Shown here piece by piece: positions 38,301 through 51,900 of a stretch of 64,000 nt of DNA. Origin of the DNA: Saccostrea echinata (taxonomy: Eukaryota); assembly GCF_033153115.1 (NCBI RefSeq), contig NW_026889778.1, forward strand, positions 310,001 through 374,000, written 5' to 3'. A program made the position numbers and the translations under genes. Below the pieces are notes generated by a model. It was given only the letters and a program-made list of their open reading frames with translations, did not search any database and was not told where the DNA came from. Numbering within the stretch: position 1 is the first letter of the stretch; each line of letters starts with the position of its first letter.

Positions 38301-39935
38301 AATACAACAATTCAGAAGATCCATAAACTGACAAATGAAGCTTTGTTGCCCAACAGCAAGAAAAATAGTATGATTAGCATCAACAAAATAATTGGTCTAG
38401 TATCTATCTGCCCACCCCCCTCCCCCCATTTATCACTATTCCCATGCAGACTATTAACAAAATGTCTATTATCTAACCCCATATTATTCCTTCTCACAAT
38501 GGCCTCTCTTGGCCGTTGAAGAACATTTAAAAAGATAAGTTATTTTTGTCTCATTTTTATTGATCTATTATTTCCAAGTCATTAAAACTATGAAAGTACT
38601 TTTTTTATTATACAATAAATTTTCTTGCATAATTCTCTTATTCTATTAAGCTTTCAAATACATTATGTACATTGATTAATTATCAAAGGTGAATGGCAAA
38701 GGGGAATAAATTTGCTCAGTAGAATACAAGTTAATAGAGCCCTGGCCAGGACCAGAAAACTTGACTAAATGGTCCAGGTGTTCAAAATTCTGGTAAAAAT
38801 ACCCTTGCATATTAAAACTTTTACTCCGTTTGCCTTGAACATCCAGAGAAGCATAGAAGATTTTCAAAGAAATGCATTTTCATCATATTATTAAATAAAC
38901 AAAGCCCCATCCTTACATCAGATCATCTGACCCATTGGCCACGAACTCACAATTCTGGAAGAAGCACCCTTTCTCATCATAACTATACACTTGTTTCTTT
39001 AGTTTATAACCAGTAGTAGATAAAAAATAAAATATTTTCACTATATACATGTAATCAATAGAGCTCTCCCCCCCCCCCCCCCCCCCCCCGAAACCCCTGA
39101 CCCAGAGGCCATGAATTTCACAATTTTGGAAGAGGCATTCTTCCTTATCATAACCATGCACTTCCTTTGTTTGAAAAATACCCAGGAGCAGAGAAGAAAA
39201 TTTTTAAAGAATTCATGCATTTTCCCTACATAACCAATAGAGCCCCCCCCCCCCAACACCAGAACCCCTGACCCTGGGGCCATGCAATTCACAATTTTGG
39301 AAGAGGCACTCTTGCTCATCATAACTATGTACTTAGTTACTTTATTTAATACCCAGGAGCAAAGAAGAAGATTTTCAAAGAATTCATGCATGTTCACTAC
39401 ATAATCAATAGAACCCCGTCCTAACACCAGAGCTCCTGACCCTGGGGCCATGAGATTCACAATTTTGAAAGAGGCACTCTTGCTCTTCATAACTATGTAT
39501 TTAGTTACTTTATTTAATACCCAGGAGCAGAGAAGAAGATTTTCAAAGAAATAATGCACTTTCACTATATGATCTATATAGCCCCACCCTAGCACCAGAA
39601 CCCCTGACCCTGGGGCCATGAATTTCACAGTTTTGGTAGAGGGCTCAATTATTATTACTATGATGCCAACAGTTTGACTGCTTGATGTCCAGGAGTAAAG
39701 AAGAAGATTTTTAAAGATTGCATTATTTTCAGTGGTTTAAGCCCCACCCCTCAAGCCCCAGGGGGGCAGGGACCATGAAATTCACAATTTTTGTTCCCCT
39801 TCACCCATAGATGCTATATGCCAAATTTGGTTGAAATTGGTTGAGCGGTTTCAGAGAAGAAGCTAAAAATGTTCAAATGTTAACACACGATGCACGACGC
39901 ACAACGCACGACGACGGACGAGAACAGATAGCAAA

Positions 39936-39967
<32 letters not shown>

Positions 39968-42900
39968 TAGAAAATCTGCAAAGCAACTCCACATGCTGGT
40001 ATAAAGTAATCACACTTGTATGTTCAAGTCCAGTTTATATATTAAATGTAAGACAGTTTAGTATAAAGCTACGAAATAATGAATGATGATGCTAATTATG
40101 AATTAAATGAATAAATTTTCTCTGTTACAAATGGGGGCATGGTGTTTTTGTGTAACCTTGGTTCCAACTCCTTGTACTGACATGGATTTTTTTTGTTTTC
40201 TGCTCTTTGGTTACCTTGGTTCTATGTAGACACAGTCACCCACTCAGAACACCTCATCCTTGTTCTTACAGTTAAATACTGACATTTTTTGTGACCTTGG
40301 TTCTATGTAGAACCTATGTATGTCACTCACTCGAAATGTTTCATCCTTGTTCAGTTGTACTTATAGTTAAATATTGACAAGTTACACATGGGGATGTTTT
40401 TTTGTTAGTGTACCTTGGTTCTATGTAGACAAAGTCACCCACTCGGAACGTCTCGTCCTTGTACTTAAAGCAGTCTTCTCCATCTCTCTCTGACTGTTAA
40501 ATGCAAAAAGAAAAAAAAGTAAAAAAAGAAAAACTAATGAATAAATCAGTAAATATAAAATAATAGTAAAAATTTAAACAAGAGGCCCATGGGCCACTTT
40601 GCTCACCTGAGCACTTCAGCTAGGAAAAAGCAGAAATCAGTCATTATAATATTGAAAAGTTTAAATAATAGTGGTCTTGGGAAGGGGAGGGGAGTGTTAT
40701 GATTTGAACAAACTTGAATCTACACTATCTGAGGATGCTTCTATATTTCTATGACTAATCATGACATGTAGATTTTTTCAAGATTATTTCCTATGCATTT
40801 ATCTTCTATTCCATTGTAAAACTTTGATCACCCATTTTGGCCTCTCCCTACCCCCCCCCACCCCCCCCACCCCACCCCGGTCATGATTTGAATCTACTCT
40901 CCCTGAGGATGCTTCCATATGGATATGATAAATCATGCTAAATCATGGCTTTGCTGTTCATGAGAAGATGACTTTTTACATATCTTTCCTAATGTATTCC
41001 TTTGTAAAACCTTGATCACCCATTGTGACCCCACCCTTCCCCCAGGGGTCATGATTTGAATCCAGGATCCACCTCTATAAACACTATACCCACACAGCCA
41101 AAATCCAGGGTCCACCCCTATAAACACTATACCCACACAGCCAAAATCCATGATCCACCCTTTTACAATACATGTATGTACTCACACAGCCAGAATCCAG
41201 GATCCTCTCCTCTGACTCCCGTTTTGATTGTTTATCCTCATCTTCTTTCTGTTCCTGCTCAAACTTTTTCTGTTTCTCAACTTCTAGGGCAGCCGTCAGA
41301 TGTTTCTCCTGGTAACTGAGAGCTGGGGTGAGGAGTCTCTCCCCGTTACGGCAAATCTCGTCACGCTGCTTAATAAAGAACATCTGCATCTCCACGGCAT
41401 CCTCATATAACTGTCAAATTGGAGAGTTAAATCAAACGTTAGACAGACAGTATACATGTACAACTGTCAACAGTGGAGAGATAAATCAGACGTTAAACAG
41501 ACAATATACAGGTCTGGAGTGTAAAATATGACTCACATTTTTATTTAGTAAGCTTTCTTTAAAATGAAAAAGAAAATACATGTAGGAAATACTGCTTGAA
41601 ACTCACTCTCTTTTATCATATCATGCACTGACCTTTACACATATCTAAGTTTGATATTTTCATCACCTGTTCAAATTTTGAAATTCACAAAATGTGCAGT
41701 GATTAGTTTGAAATTATGGAATAACTGTTTCAAGTTCACTCACCTGAGAATCTGTCCTACTGAGTCGTCGAGCACGCTCAAACACCTTAAACATGTCTTC
41801 CTGGAACCTGTCCATTCTGATGTATCGACCCTAAAACACAGAGATGACTCAGACTCAGTTAACATGAATATTAAATGTATCGAACCTAAAACACAGGGAC
41901 AACAAACTCAGTTAACATAATTACTAAATGTATCGAACCTAAAACAAAGACAAGACTCAAACTCAGTTAACATGAATACTAAATGTATCAGCCCTAAAAC
42001 ACATAGATGACTCAAACTCAGTGAACATGAATACTAAATGTATGGACCCTAAAACACAGAGATGACTCAAACTCAGTTAACATGATATACTAAATGTATT
42101 GAACCTAAAACACAGAGGTCACTTAAACTATTTTAACATGAATACTAAATGTATCGACCCTAAAACACAAAGATGACTCAGACTCAATTAACATGAATAC
42201 TAAATGTATCGACCCTAAAACACAGAGATGACTCAGACTCAGTTAACATAAATACTAAATGTATAAACCCTAAAACACAGAGATGACTTAAACACAGTTA
42301 ACATGAATACTAAACAATTTATTATTCAATTGAGAAAATCAGAAGCATATTTTTCATTCAATAAATAGATCAATTCAGTGCTTACTTTTTCCACATTTCT
42401 TTTGATCTGATCAAAGGTCAGAGGCTTCCTACAAAACAAAAGTTCAATGGTATCACAAAGGCACAACAAACAACAGAATTTCTCCCACTACATGTATGGC
42501 AAAAAAAAAGTTTAATTACAAGGGCACAACAATGAACCTAATTTCTCCCACTACATCTATGGGAGAAAAAAAACTAGAACTGTCCAAAAGGGACAAATAC
42601 CCCCCGCTGGGTTTTTCAGAGGTGCCAAATCACTAATATTTTATGGATCTATGAGGTGTTCACAATTTTCTTATTAACATTTAGAGTGAAAAAAATAATT
42701 GCTCATTATATTTTTTTTAATGAATGAAACCAAGAACAACCTAATAAAACATCAATACCAATACATTGTAATTACATTCTTCTTTAATACATTGAAAAAA
42801 TAAATTGCAACTATCTGTCATCTTTTTGAGACATGACATTCTGCAAATTGATTTTTGAAAAAAAAATCAATTAATTACAAAATCAAATTAATCTTGATAA

Positions 42901-45900
42901 CTTTATATCAAATTCATTTTAAAAATGAAAGGCTGGTCATCCTTTAACTATGTACTATGACAGACAATAAATTACAATTAAGAGAATTAAAGAACAGAGA
43001 TCTTTAAATTCCCAGGAGATATAGATAACACATGCTTGATCAGAGATGCCCTAACAACGTCCCACACTGAACTCATTAATTTATCTCTAACTGGATGATG
43101 TCCACTCATTACTCCCAAGGGACAAATGGATTTACACTATCTGCTGTGTAATGTAAAAATTGTTTTTAATACTTGGTGATTTTTTTTTGTTTGTTTTAAT
43201 GAATAGTTTTAAGCTGTAGTTCACATTTTTGTACAGATGTTCTAGATTCTGTGTCTCAAACCTTAGAAATAAACCCAAAATGACTAAGTCAATAAAAATG
43301 AAAAAAAAAACTGTAAAATGCAGAAAAATTACCAAATAATGTTGAAAATACCAGGTGCACATCTTCATATGGTAAATAATGAGTGTACAAATTTTCATAC
43401 AATTCTATGAAATAGTCTTTGAGAAAAGGTCAGGACAAAACCACATAATAAAAATGAAAAAAACACCTGTAAAATGCAGAAAAATTATTCAATCATGATG
43501 AAAATACCAGGTGCAAATCTTCATATGGTGAATAATAAGTGTACAAATTTTTAGACAAATCTATGCAATAGTCTCTGAGAAACGCTCTGGACAAAATCTT
43601 GTCTACAGACAGACGAACAGACAGACGGACATGGTGATTCCAATATACCCCCCCTAAACTTCGTTTGCGGGGGGTATAAAAAGAGTAAAGCACCTCTTTG
43701 ATTTCTAGGACAAGAGGCCAATGGGCCACAACACTACAAATGATTGCTTGATTGTATGTTGTTTTACGTCACCATTTACCGGTGAAGGGGTTCAAATTTA
43801 GACTTTACTCGGCACTCAGGACCATTGAGAAGTGAGGGATCTTTATCATGCCAATGCCTGCTATGACACGGGGCCTCAGTTTTTAAAGACCCGCAACTTT
43901 CACTTCTACATGCTGAGTGCTTGGTGAAGGAACAGTTGCTACCTATTTTTTATCGACTTAGGTCAGTCGCAACAGAAATATATATGACCTTCCGACCACA
44001 GAGCGAGCCCTCTACCAACTGACCTACCATGACGATCACTAGCAATAAGGAAGCTATGATCTAACCGGTGTTGAATACACACAACATTGGGATGATTTAA
44101 TATCAATACAATCAACATGAGAAGTCTAGAGGAGATTTCCTGTACACAGGCAGTATGTAAAATTTAGATCTCTGAGGTAGGGCCAAATTCTTTTTTTTAA
44201 AACAGCTGATATACACAACTTAGGTATGTTTTGCTTATTAATATGATTTAGTGTGCTCTTGCAATGCTTGAAAAGATTCTTTCTAATCCCTGTAAAATTC
44301 TTATCCCCTTTTGTAGCCTCTATTTAAAAGTTACTTACTCCTTCATTTTGGACACTGCTCCAATACAACAGTAACTAATTCATTAGTTAGTTATACCTTC
44401 AGTTTGGATGTGCTCCAATACAACAGTAACTAATTCACTAGTTAGTTACAACTTCAGTTTGGATGTGCTCCAATACAACAGTAACTAAATCACTAGTTAC
44501 CATGGTTACTTACTCTTTCAGTTTGGACGTCTCTAAATCCTCATCTGGGTCTCTCTCTGGAAGCTCCGCAAACGAGTCACTATAGCAACGACCCTCTTCA
44601 TCCTGTCATAGACAAGTAGAGTATTTCACCATTAATTTTATTTATAGCAATATGGAGATTCTCATCTCTTTCAATATTTTTTATTTTAAATTTTACAGAA
44701 AATAGATTCTGATATTTCCAAGAATATTGAATTCTTTTGGGTGAAACAAGGAATTGTTAGTACACTGACAAAGTTTAAAAGAATCCAATGGTGGTTGTAG
44801 GTAGATATAAATAGATCACTGTATGTTAATTCACCTGGTGATTGTAGGTATAGATATAAATAATTTACCTGGTGATTATAAATACATGTAGATATAGATA
44901 GGACATGCTTGATAATTTACCTGGTAAATGTAGGCAGATATAGATAATTTACCTGGTGATTGTAGGTAGATATAGATAATTTACCTGGTGATTGTAGGTA
45001 GATATAAATAGATTGGTCATCATCTCCATGACTAGAGCCCTCACATCTGGGACATCATTTGTTCCATCATCTGTCAGCTCCATTTTCTTCTCCAAAACGA
45101 GACGCTGTAGCGTCAGGGCGTCCTACAAACAGACACAAATCAAAAACAATGCTGTAATGTTGGGTGTTCTGAGATTAAAACAAACAGTATCACAATTTAT
45201 TAAAGGTCAGACAAGAAATATCAGAACAGTCAGCCAATCAGATTTCAGCATTACAAGTCAGATAATAAATATCAGAACAGTCAGCCAATCAGACTTCAGC
45301 ATTACAGGTCATACATAACCATGGATATAATCACTGGAAAAGGGGGAATTAGACATACGTTTACGTTTTAACATGTTTAAAGAAAAATATTTAGTTCACT
45401 CTATTTAATTAGGAAACAAAGATGAGTAAAATTTTCACAATTTCAACCTGAGTGAACTTCTGGGAAGTTGTTTTTTTTTCTATAAAAATATATCTGTTAC
45501 AACACTGTGATTGAATTTACTTAATAGTCCAAACTTGCTTTCTCAAACTCAATGGGACTAAGAAAAAAACTTTGAGATATCTGAAGATTTGAGATATCAG
45601 GGGTAAAATACTTTGAGAATAAGTAGTTGGGACTTCCAAATCACTTCAACATGTCCATGGTATTTGAGATATCAGCGAATGAGATACTGAAGTTCAACTG
45701 TATTTAATCAATAAATACCTTGTAAATGAGTGAGTCTGGTTCATTATATTTACAAGCATTGTCAAACATCTGTACAAAGTCCGCAGTGATGTCTTCTATT
45801 GATTCATACTGATTCTGTTGGACCTTCAGTAGAATTTTCTGCATGTCGATTGGTCGCTTAATGACCTCGTAATAATCCGGGTACTCCTGTTACAAGATGG

Positions 45901-48900
45901 GGACAGTTTATATACAAATATAACGTGTCTGTATTGGATTCTTCAAGAATTAGACATTTATAGAGTACACTTACAGTTTTCAGTGGCAGCTTCAGGAAGG
46001 GGAGGGCAAGGTCACGACCTTTAGCATCCTGGTAATTACTGACTGCGTCGTACATTTCCTGGAGACGAACAGGAAGCAGAGTCTGGGACTTTGCCTTGAG
46101 ACGACTGACCAATGAAAGGGGGTTATCATCATAATCACTCAAATCACAGGTATATTAAAGTGAATTTACAATGTAAAAATATTTAAATCAAGCAATATAC
46201 ATACTGAAAAATAAATAAGATCTGTAATCTATTTATAGAATCTGTAATTAGAATTTACTTCAACATCTCCCTCTTTCAAATTTATCATTCATATAAATTA
46301 CTTTAAAATATCATTATCAGATATCTCATTCTAACATGTTCTAAGATATCAGCTACTCTTAAGATATTAGATACTTCATAGACAGATAGATATCAGATAC
46401 TTTTTAGGTATCAGATAATTCTTACATATCAGAAACTCTTAAGATAACAGGTAGTTCATAGATATTTCTTAGATATCAGATACTTCTAGATATCAGATAC
46501 TCATAGAGATAATTCTTATATAACTATGAGCATGATGTTACTATTTCTACATTTACTGTAGCATTTACATTATTTTTAACGTCATTGATCACCAGCATCT
46601 GAAATAGTTCTAAACATTCAACTAACATTAGGTAAAAAATAACTTCAAAGGAACCAACAACTTGACAAATTCATGCAGTAAGATTTTTATTACCCTCTTG
46701 GTTTTTCAGCTTTTTTTCCAATGCTATAAATAGCACAACAAAGTAAGATACTCAGATAAGCCTAAAGCTATGAATAACATTTAAATATCTCAGATTTGCT
46801 GAACATAAATGAAGTTTGACAAGATGCCTCCACAGCCATCATGAAGATGCAGCAACAGCCATCAAAAACATGAAGTCCGAAATATATTTTAACAGAATTT
46901 AAATCCATAAGGTGCTAAATATTTGAAATGGAATAAACATTCATGGAAACCAGGAAAATATATATAAATATATATAGGACATCCCCAAAAAAATAGCTGA
47001 CTATTAAGGGGTATTGAAAACAGATTTATTTAAGAGATATTATGATTTAGTTTGTGAATAAAGAGATCAAGCGCATATGCTGTGCATTTACGTTTTATTT
47101 ACAGCCTGGTACAAAAATGAAAAAAAAAATATGGAAATTGTAATGGCTTTACATATATTACAGTTACTTTTGAATATACATTGCAAACAAAAATGATAAT
47201 GAGAGGTCTAAAGAAAAATCATCCAAGTAATCGGGTTCTCAGTCAGAAAATTAAGCGTCGAGTAACCAGTTACTAAATACTGTCCGATTTATTAACAACA
47301 CTACACTAAATACACGTATAAAGTACAACATGTACAAAAATGGAGAATTAAAGCAAAATATGAAATAAAATAAATAAATCCTAAAACACTCTGCATTCAG
47401 AAAAAAGTTAGAGAAAGTGCAAGAGTATAGAGTGCTGGGAACTAGCAAAGCAGTACATCTAAATCACTGTTAATAATAATTATTATGTCCTGAATGAATA
47501 ATTCTCGCACTAAATAGTGCTATCAAATACAAGAGAATGTTCACATGTTTTATATATTGTAAATCATAATTATATATATGTTAAATATAAAACATTTCAT
47601 TCAATGACTCTAATGATAATAATTTGATTTGAACATTTCCCCCCTCCCTATCCCCCTATCTGTTCCCCAATCAAAGTACACACTGCCTTTCATACAGTAT
47701 TAATAAAGTTTTAATTCATAATCACTTTGTTATCTGCTTGTCTAATTCATGTTATGACTACAAAAACTACAGCAGCTAATAAGAGAGTGATTCCATCAGG
47801 ATTAATCAAGCACTGAGAAAAAGTTTGTTTCTTTTTCTACTGTGGTCTTTTTTCTTTTAATGTAAATTTCATTTAGAAAAGAAACTCAAGCATTTCAAAA
47901 CAATAGGAAAATTCATTGTATAATGAATTTTATTATTAAAAGAAGTGGATCCAGCCTTAAATTTGTTCTTCTTACTGAGATCAAATCATGATGAAACCCT
48001 AATGAGAGATGGGTGTATATATATAAAGAAGAGAGGAAGCACAACACTTACAGGTACCTTTTGCTGAGCGCCGCTCGCCGGGACTCGATCACATGACAGA
48101 TCTGTTTCCACTTTGTTTTGAGGACTTTCTCCAGCTGTTCGGCGTCCTGGTACACCAGCGATTCCTCCTCATTGTAGAGACGTGCGTTATTAAACAGGCG
48201 CTCGAAATCCGTGATAATATGCTGCTCACTGGGGTACTACAGAGAGAAAAGTTCAGTGGGATATTTCACAAGTTCTTAACATAAGGAACATTTGCCTTGT
48301 TTGTCAAGAATTTGGCCTCCATCATTGACAGGCCAATATTCACCTTGTCCACTGAGAGTTTGGCATCTATCAATCACTGACAGGTCATTAATTACCTTAT
48401 CTGCCCTGAGTTTGGCTTCTATCATTGACAGGTCAATAATTACCTTCTGTGCTATTAGTTTGGCCTCTATCATTGAATGGTCAATAATTACCTTGTTTGC
48501 CCTGAGTTTGGCTTTTACCATTGAAAGGTCAATAATTACCTGGTCTGCCCTGAGTTTGGCCACTGTCATTGACAGGTCAATAATTTCCTGGTCTGCCCTG
48601 AGTTTGGCCACTATCATTGAAAGGTCAATAATTACCTTGTCTGCCCTGAGTTTGGCCTCTATCATTGAAAAGTCAATAATTACCTTGTCTGCCCTGGGTT
48701 TGACCTGTATCATTGAAAGGTCAATAATTACCTTGTCTGCCTTGAGTTTGGTTTTTATCATTGAAAGGTCAATAATTACCTTGTCTGTTCTGAGATTGGC
48801 CTCTAGCATTGACAGGGTCAATAATTACCTTGTCTGCCCTGAGTTTGGCCTCTATCATTGACAGGTCAATAATTACCTTGTCTGTCCTGAGTTTGGCCTC

Positions 48901-51900
48901 TATCATTGACAGGTCAATAATTACCTTGTTGGCCCTGAGTTTGGCCTCTATCATTGACAGGTCAATAATTACCTTGTCGGCCCTGAGTTTGGCCTCTATC
49001 ATTGACAGGTCTATAGGATTTGTGATGACTTGATAGTAGTCAGGGTAGTCCCTCTTTGATGGTAGCTGCATGAAGATGTATCTTAATGGTCGTCCATCGG
49101 GGTCCTACAATGATACAGTAAGGATTCAGTTAATGATACAGTAATTATTCAGTAGTATCAAGTAGGTCCTACAATGATACAGTAAGGATTCACTAATGAT
49201 ACAGTAATTATTCCATAACCTCCACATGTTAACTCTGACTTACCGTGGCATCAAACACGGATCTGTACAGTGTCCATAGCCTGCGTTTCATCATCTCCTC
49301 TGGAGTTGCTCGCTTTGCACGCTTCTTATCGCTGTCAGAGAGCCCGGTGCCTCGGCGCTGCTTACTGGAGGAACTTGCCTGGCTGTCCTCATCAAAAAAC
49401 TCACGAGAAATCTTCTGGAACAGAAACAACCCTTATCACATTTATACTGTCTCATGTTAAAAATCTTCATCAACAGACTAAGTTTGAAGTTCTCTACAAC
49501 TGACTGAGTTAGAAGTCTTCTAGTATAGAACTAAGCCTAATACATTTATATTGTCTAGGGACCAAGTTCGAAACTCCAGAACAGAAACAAGCCAACATTA
49601 CCCTGGCCTCTACAAAAACTTGCATTATGTTTTGTTCTTCACTGACAATGCCCAAACAAATAAATATGTTATACACCAAATATTTACTATATTTTCAAAC
49701 CTTTTAAAGGATGAGAGGCCCATGGGCCTCAACACTGAGTCAGATTTCACTTCCTGAGAAAAGAAAAAGTAAATAAAAGAAACCCCAAGGATGAAATGCT
49801 TGATGTCAACAATTTTAACCTATAAAAACAACATGAAAATTTCTAGGATCTCCGTGTTAATAAATCATTTGCATTGGGGTTAATTTTGTGGAAGTTAAAA
49901 GAACTGACAAACACATACATAACCTAATGTTATGTACCTGTTTTTAAAACCATTTGGGTGGTGTTAAATTATGCGAAACTTCACTCATCATTGTGATTTT
50001 CTGACAAAATTAATTTTAATTTTTCCTTAAACACTTTTTAGCTAACATTCCCAATGAAAATAAATACCGTAAATCTGGAAATTTTTACGTCGATTTATAT
50101 TTGCGAATCTGGGTCAAAAAGCTGTTGATCAATTTTTACGTTTCAAAATTTTGCAAACTGTCATTGGCACTAAAATTAAAAAGCGCTTAAAATTTTCAAC
50201 ACAGTTTATAAGTTACGCATGTACATACAATAAATTACACATATACTTACAGTATTAAATGATGCCAACGTTGTTAGATAAAACAAATGGCCTCTCTTTC
50301 TTGGAGAAATACTTTAAAAGAGAAATACTGCATGTCAAACCATCGTAGTGTAGGTAAGTACTCTCCACGCACGGAATATCATGTCGGGTAATTACATAAA
50401 TTAGTTTGTAGAATAAACAGGTTTCTTAAAATGACCACTGCTTACTAGCACCTGTTCACGGGGTAAAAACAGACACCAGCTTTCACCAAAATTTTCCTTT
50501 ACATTTTTAGTTGCTTATTTTTATGAAAAATATTTTTGCGAATGCAATGCACGCGCAAATTTGCTAAAAATTTATCTACAGTAAAAATTTCCAGATTTAC
50601 GGTATCACTATTGCTTTAGAAGAAAAAAAATATCTTACACAGATAGAAAAATGTGTTTTGTGCACCCAGGAAACACTATTACAAAGTCAATCATTTTTTA
50701 AAAAAGATTTTTAAAGATTTTTCCTATATATTTCTTCGTAAAACTTTGATCTTTTGTGGCCCAGCCTATGCCAGGGTATCATGATTTGAACAAATTTGAA
50801 TATACATAATGTAGTGAAGCTTTCACAAAAGTTTTGTCTAGACTGGTCCAGTGGTTCTTGAGAAAATTTTTGAAAGATGCCAGTAATATTTCACTAATTC
50901 TAAATTATCTCCCCTTAGAAGATGACATGGTCCTTCATTTGAATACCCTTCACCAAAAGATAATTTGTGGAAGTATGGTTGAAACTGGCCAGTGGTTTTT
51001 GACAAGAGACAAATTTGAAAAGTATTAGATGGACAGACAGCTAGACAGACAGATGTCATACAAAAAGTGATCAGAAAAGCCCACTTGAACTTTTTAGCTC
51101 AGATGAACTAACAAGATCTTTTTTTTTAAAATTTTTCTCACATGCTTTGTTAATTTCATGATGAAACTAGAAGTAAGCAATGTGCTCACAAAATGATACC
51201 CCCGTCCCCACTTCCAGGACAGTGTAATGGTAAAGTCCATGTTTTGCTATCAGAAAGCCCAAATATCTGTACAATCAAAATGTAAGACAGTGCACAATGG
51301 CACTATGTAATAAAGATTCTGTGATAGCCTCATTGAATTTTAATCAGTGGTAAAGGAGGAGTTTTAAATGAGAGATGGGTACCCCCAATATTATAGAAAG
51401 AATGTCAGTGTCCATGCTTTGCTATGGGTAACAGGACAGACGGGAGGACAGACAGATGGGACAGACAGACTGAGACCCCCGTCACTATATACCCCTGCTT
51501 TTCAAGTGGGAGGCATAAAAAAACAATAAGTGAAGCCATTCAAGAATGTTATCCAGAAAAGAAGGAGATGCTTGTTCCTCAATGGTTGAACATAAAACCC
51601 TACAACTCCATCAAAGCTCCCTACTGCTGCACCACCAACAGGAAATTATAAGTTTTTTTACCTTAATGTTTGACATTAATAAAAGTTTAGATTATGTAGC
51701 ATTCAATCTTAACTGATACAGACACATCAACAAAAGCTGAGATTTGGTAAAAGCCTTTAATCTGCCTGTGTATGTGTGGGGTAGGGTGGGGTGGGGTGGG
51801 GGATAAAGTCCCCTGAATTTCTTCTCACTTACCATCACGGGCAGGTCAAACTGAGAAGAGGAAATGTCATCCAGACTCAGATCCTGGTAATAAAGAACTA

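Noticed and set aside
39041-39628. 195-aa ORF and similar ORFs at 59566-60148
   Set aside because: Translation of the ~178-bp core repeats of non-autonomous elements; no domain motifs.
48276-48861. 181-aa and 189-aa ORFs as independent genes
   Set aside because: Products of the stop-free 48-bp array inside a PBRM1 intron.
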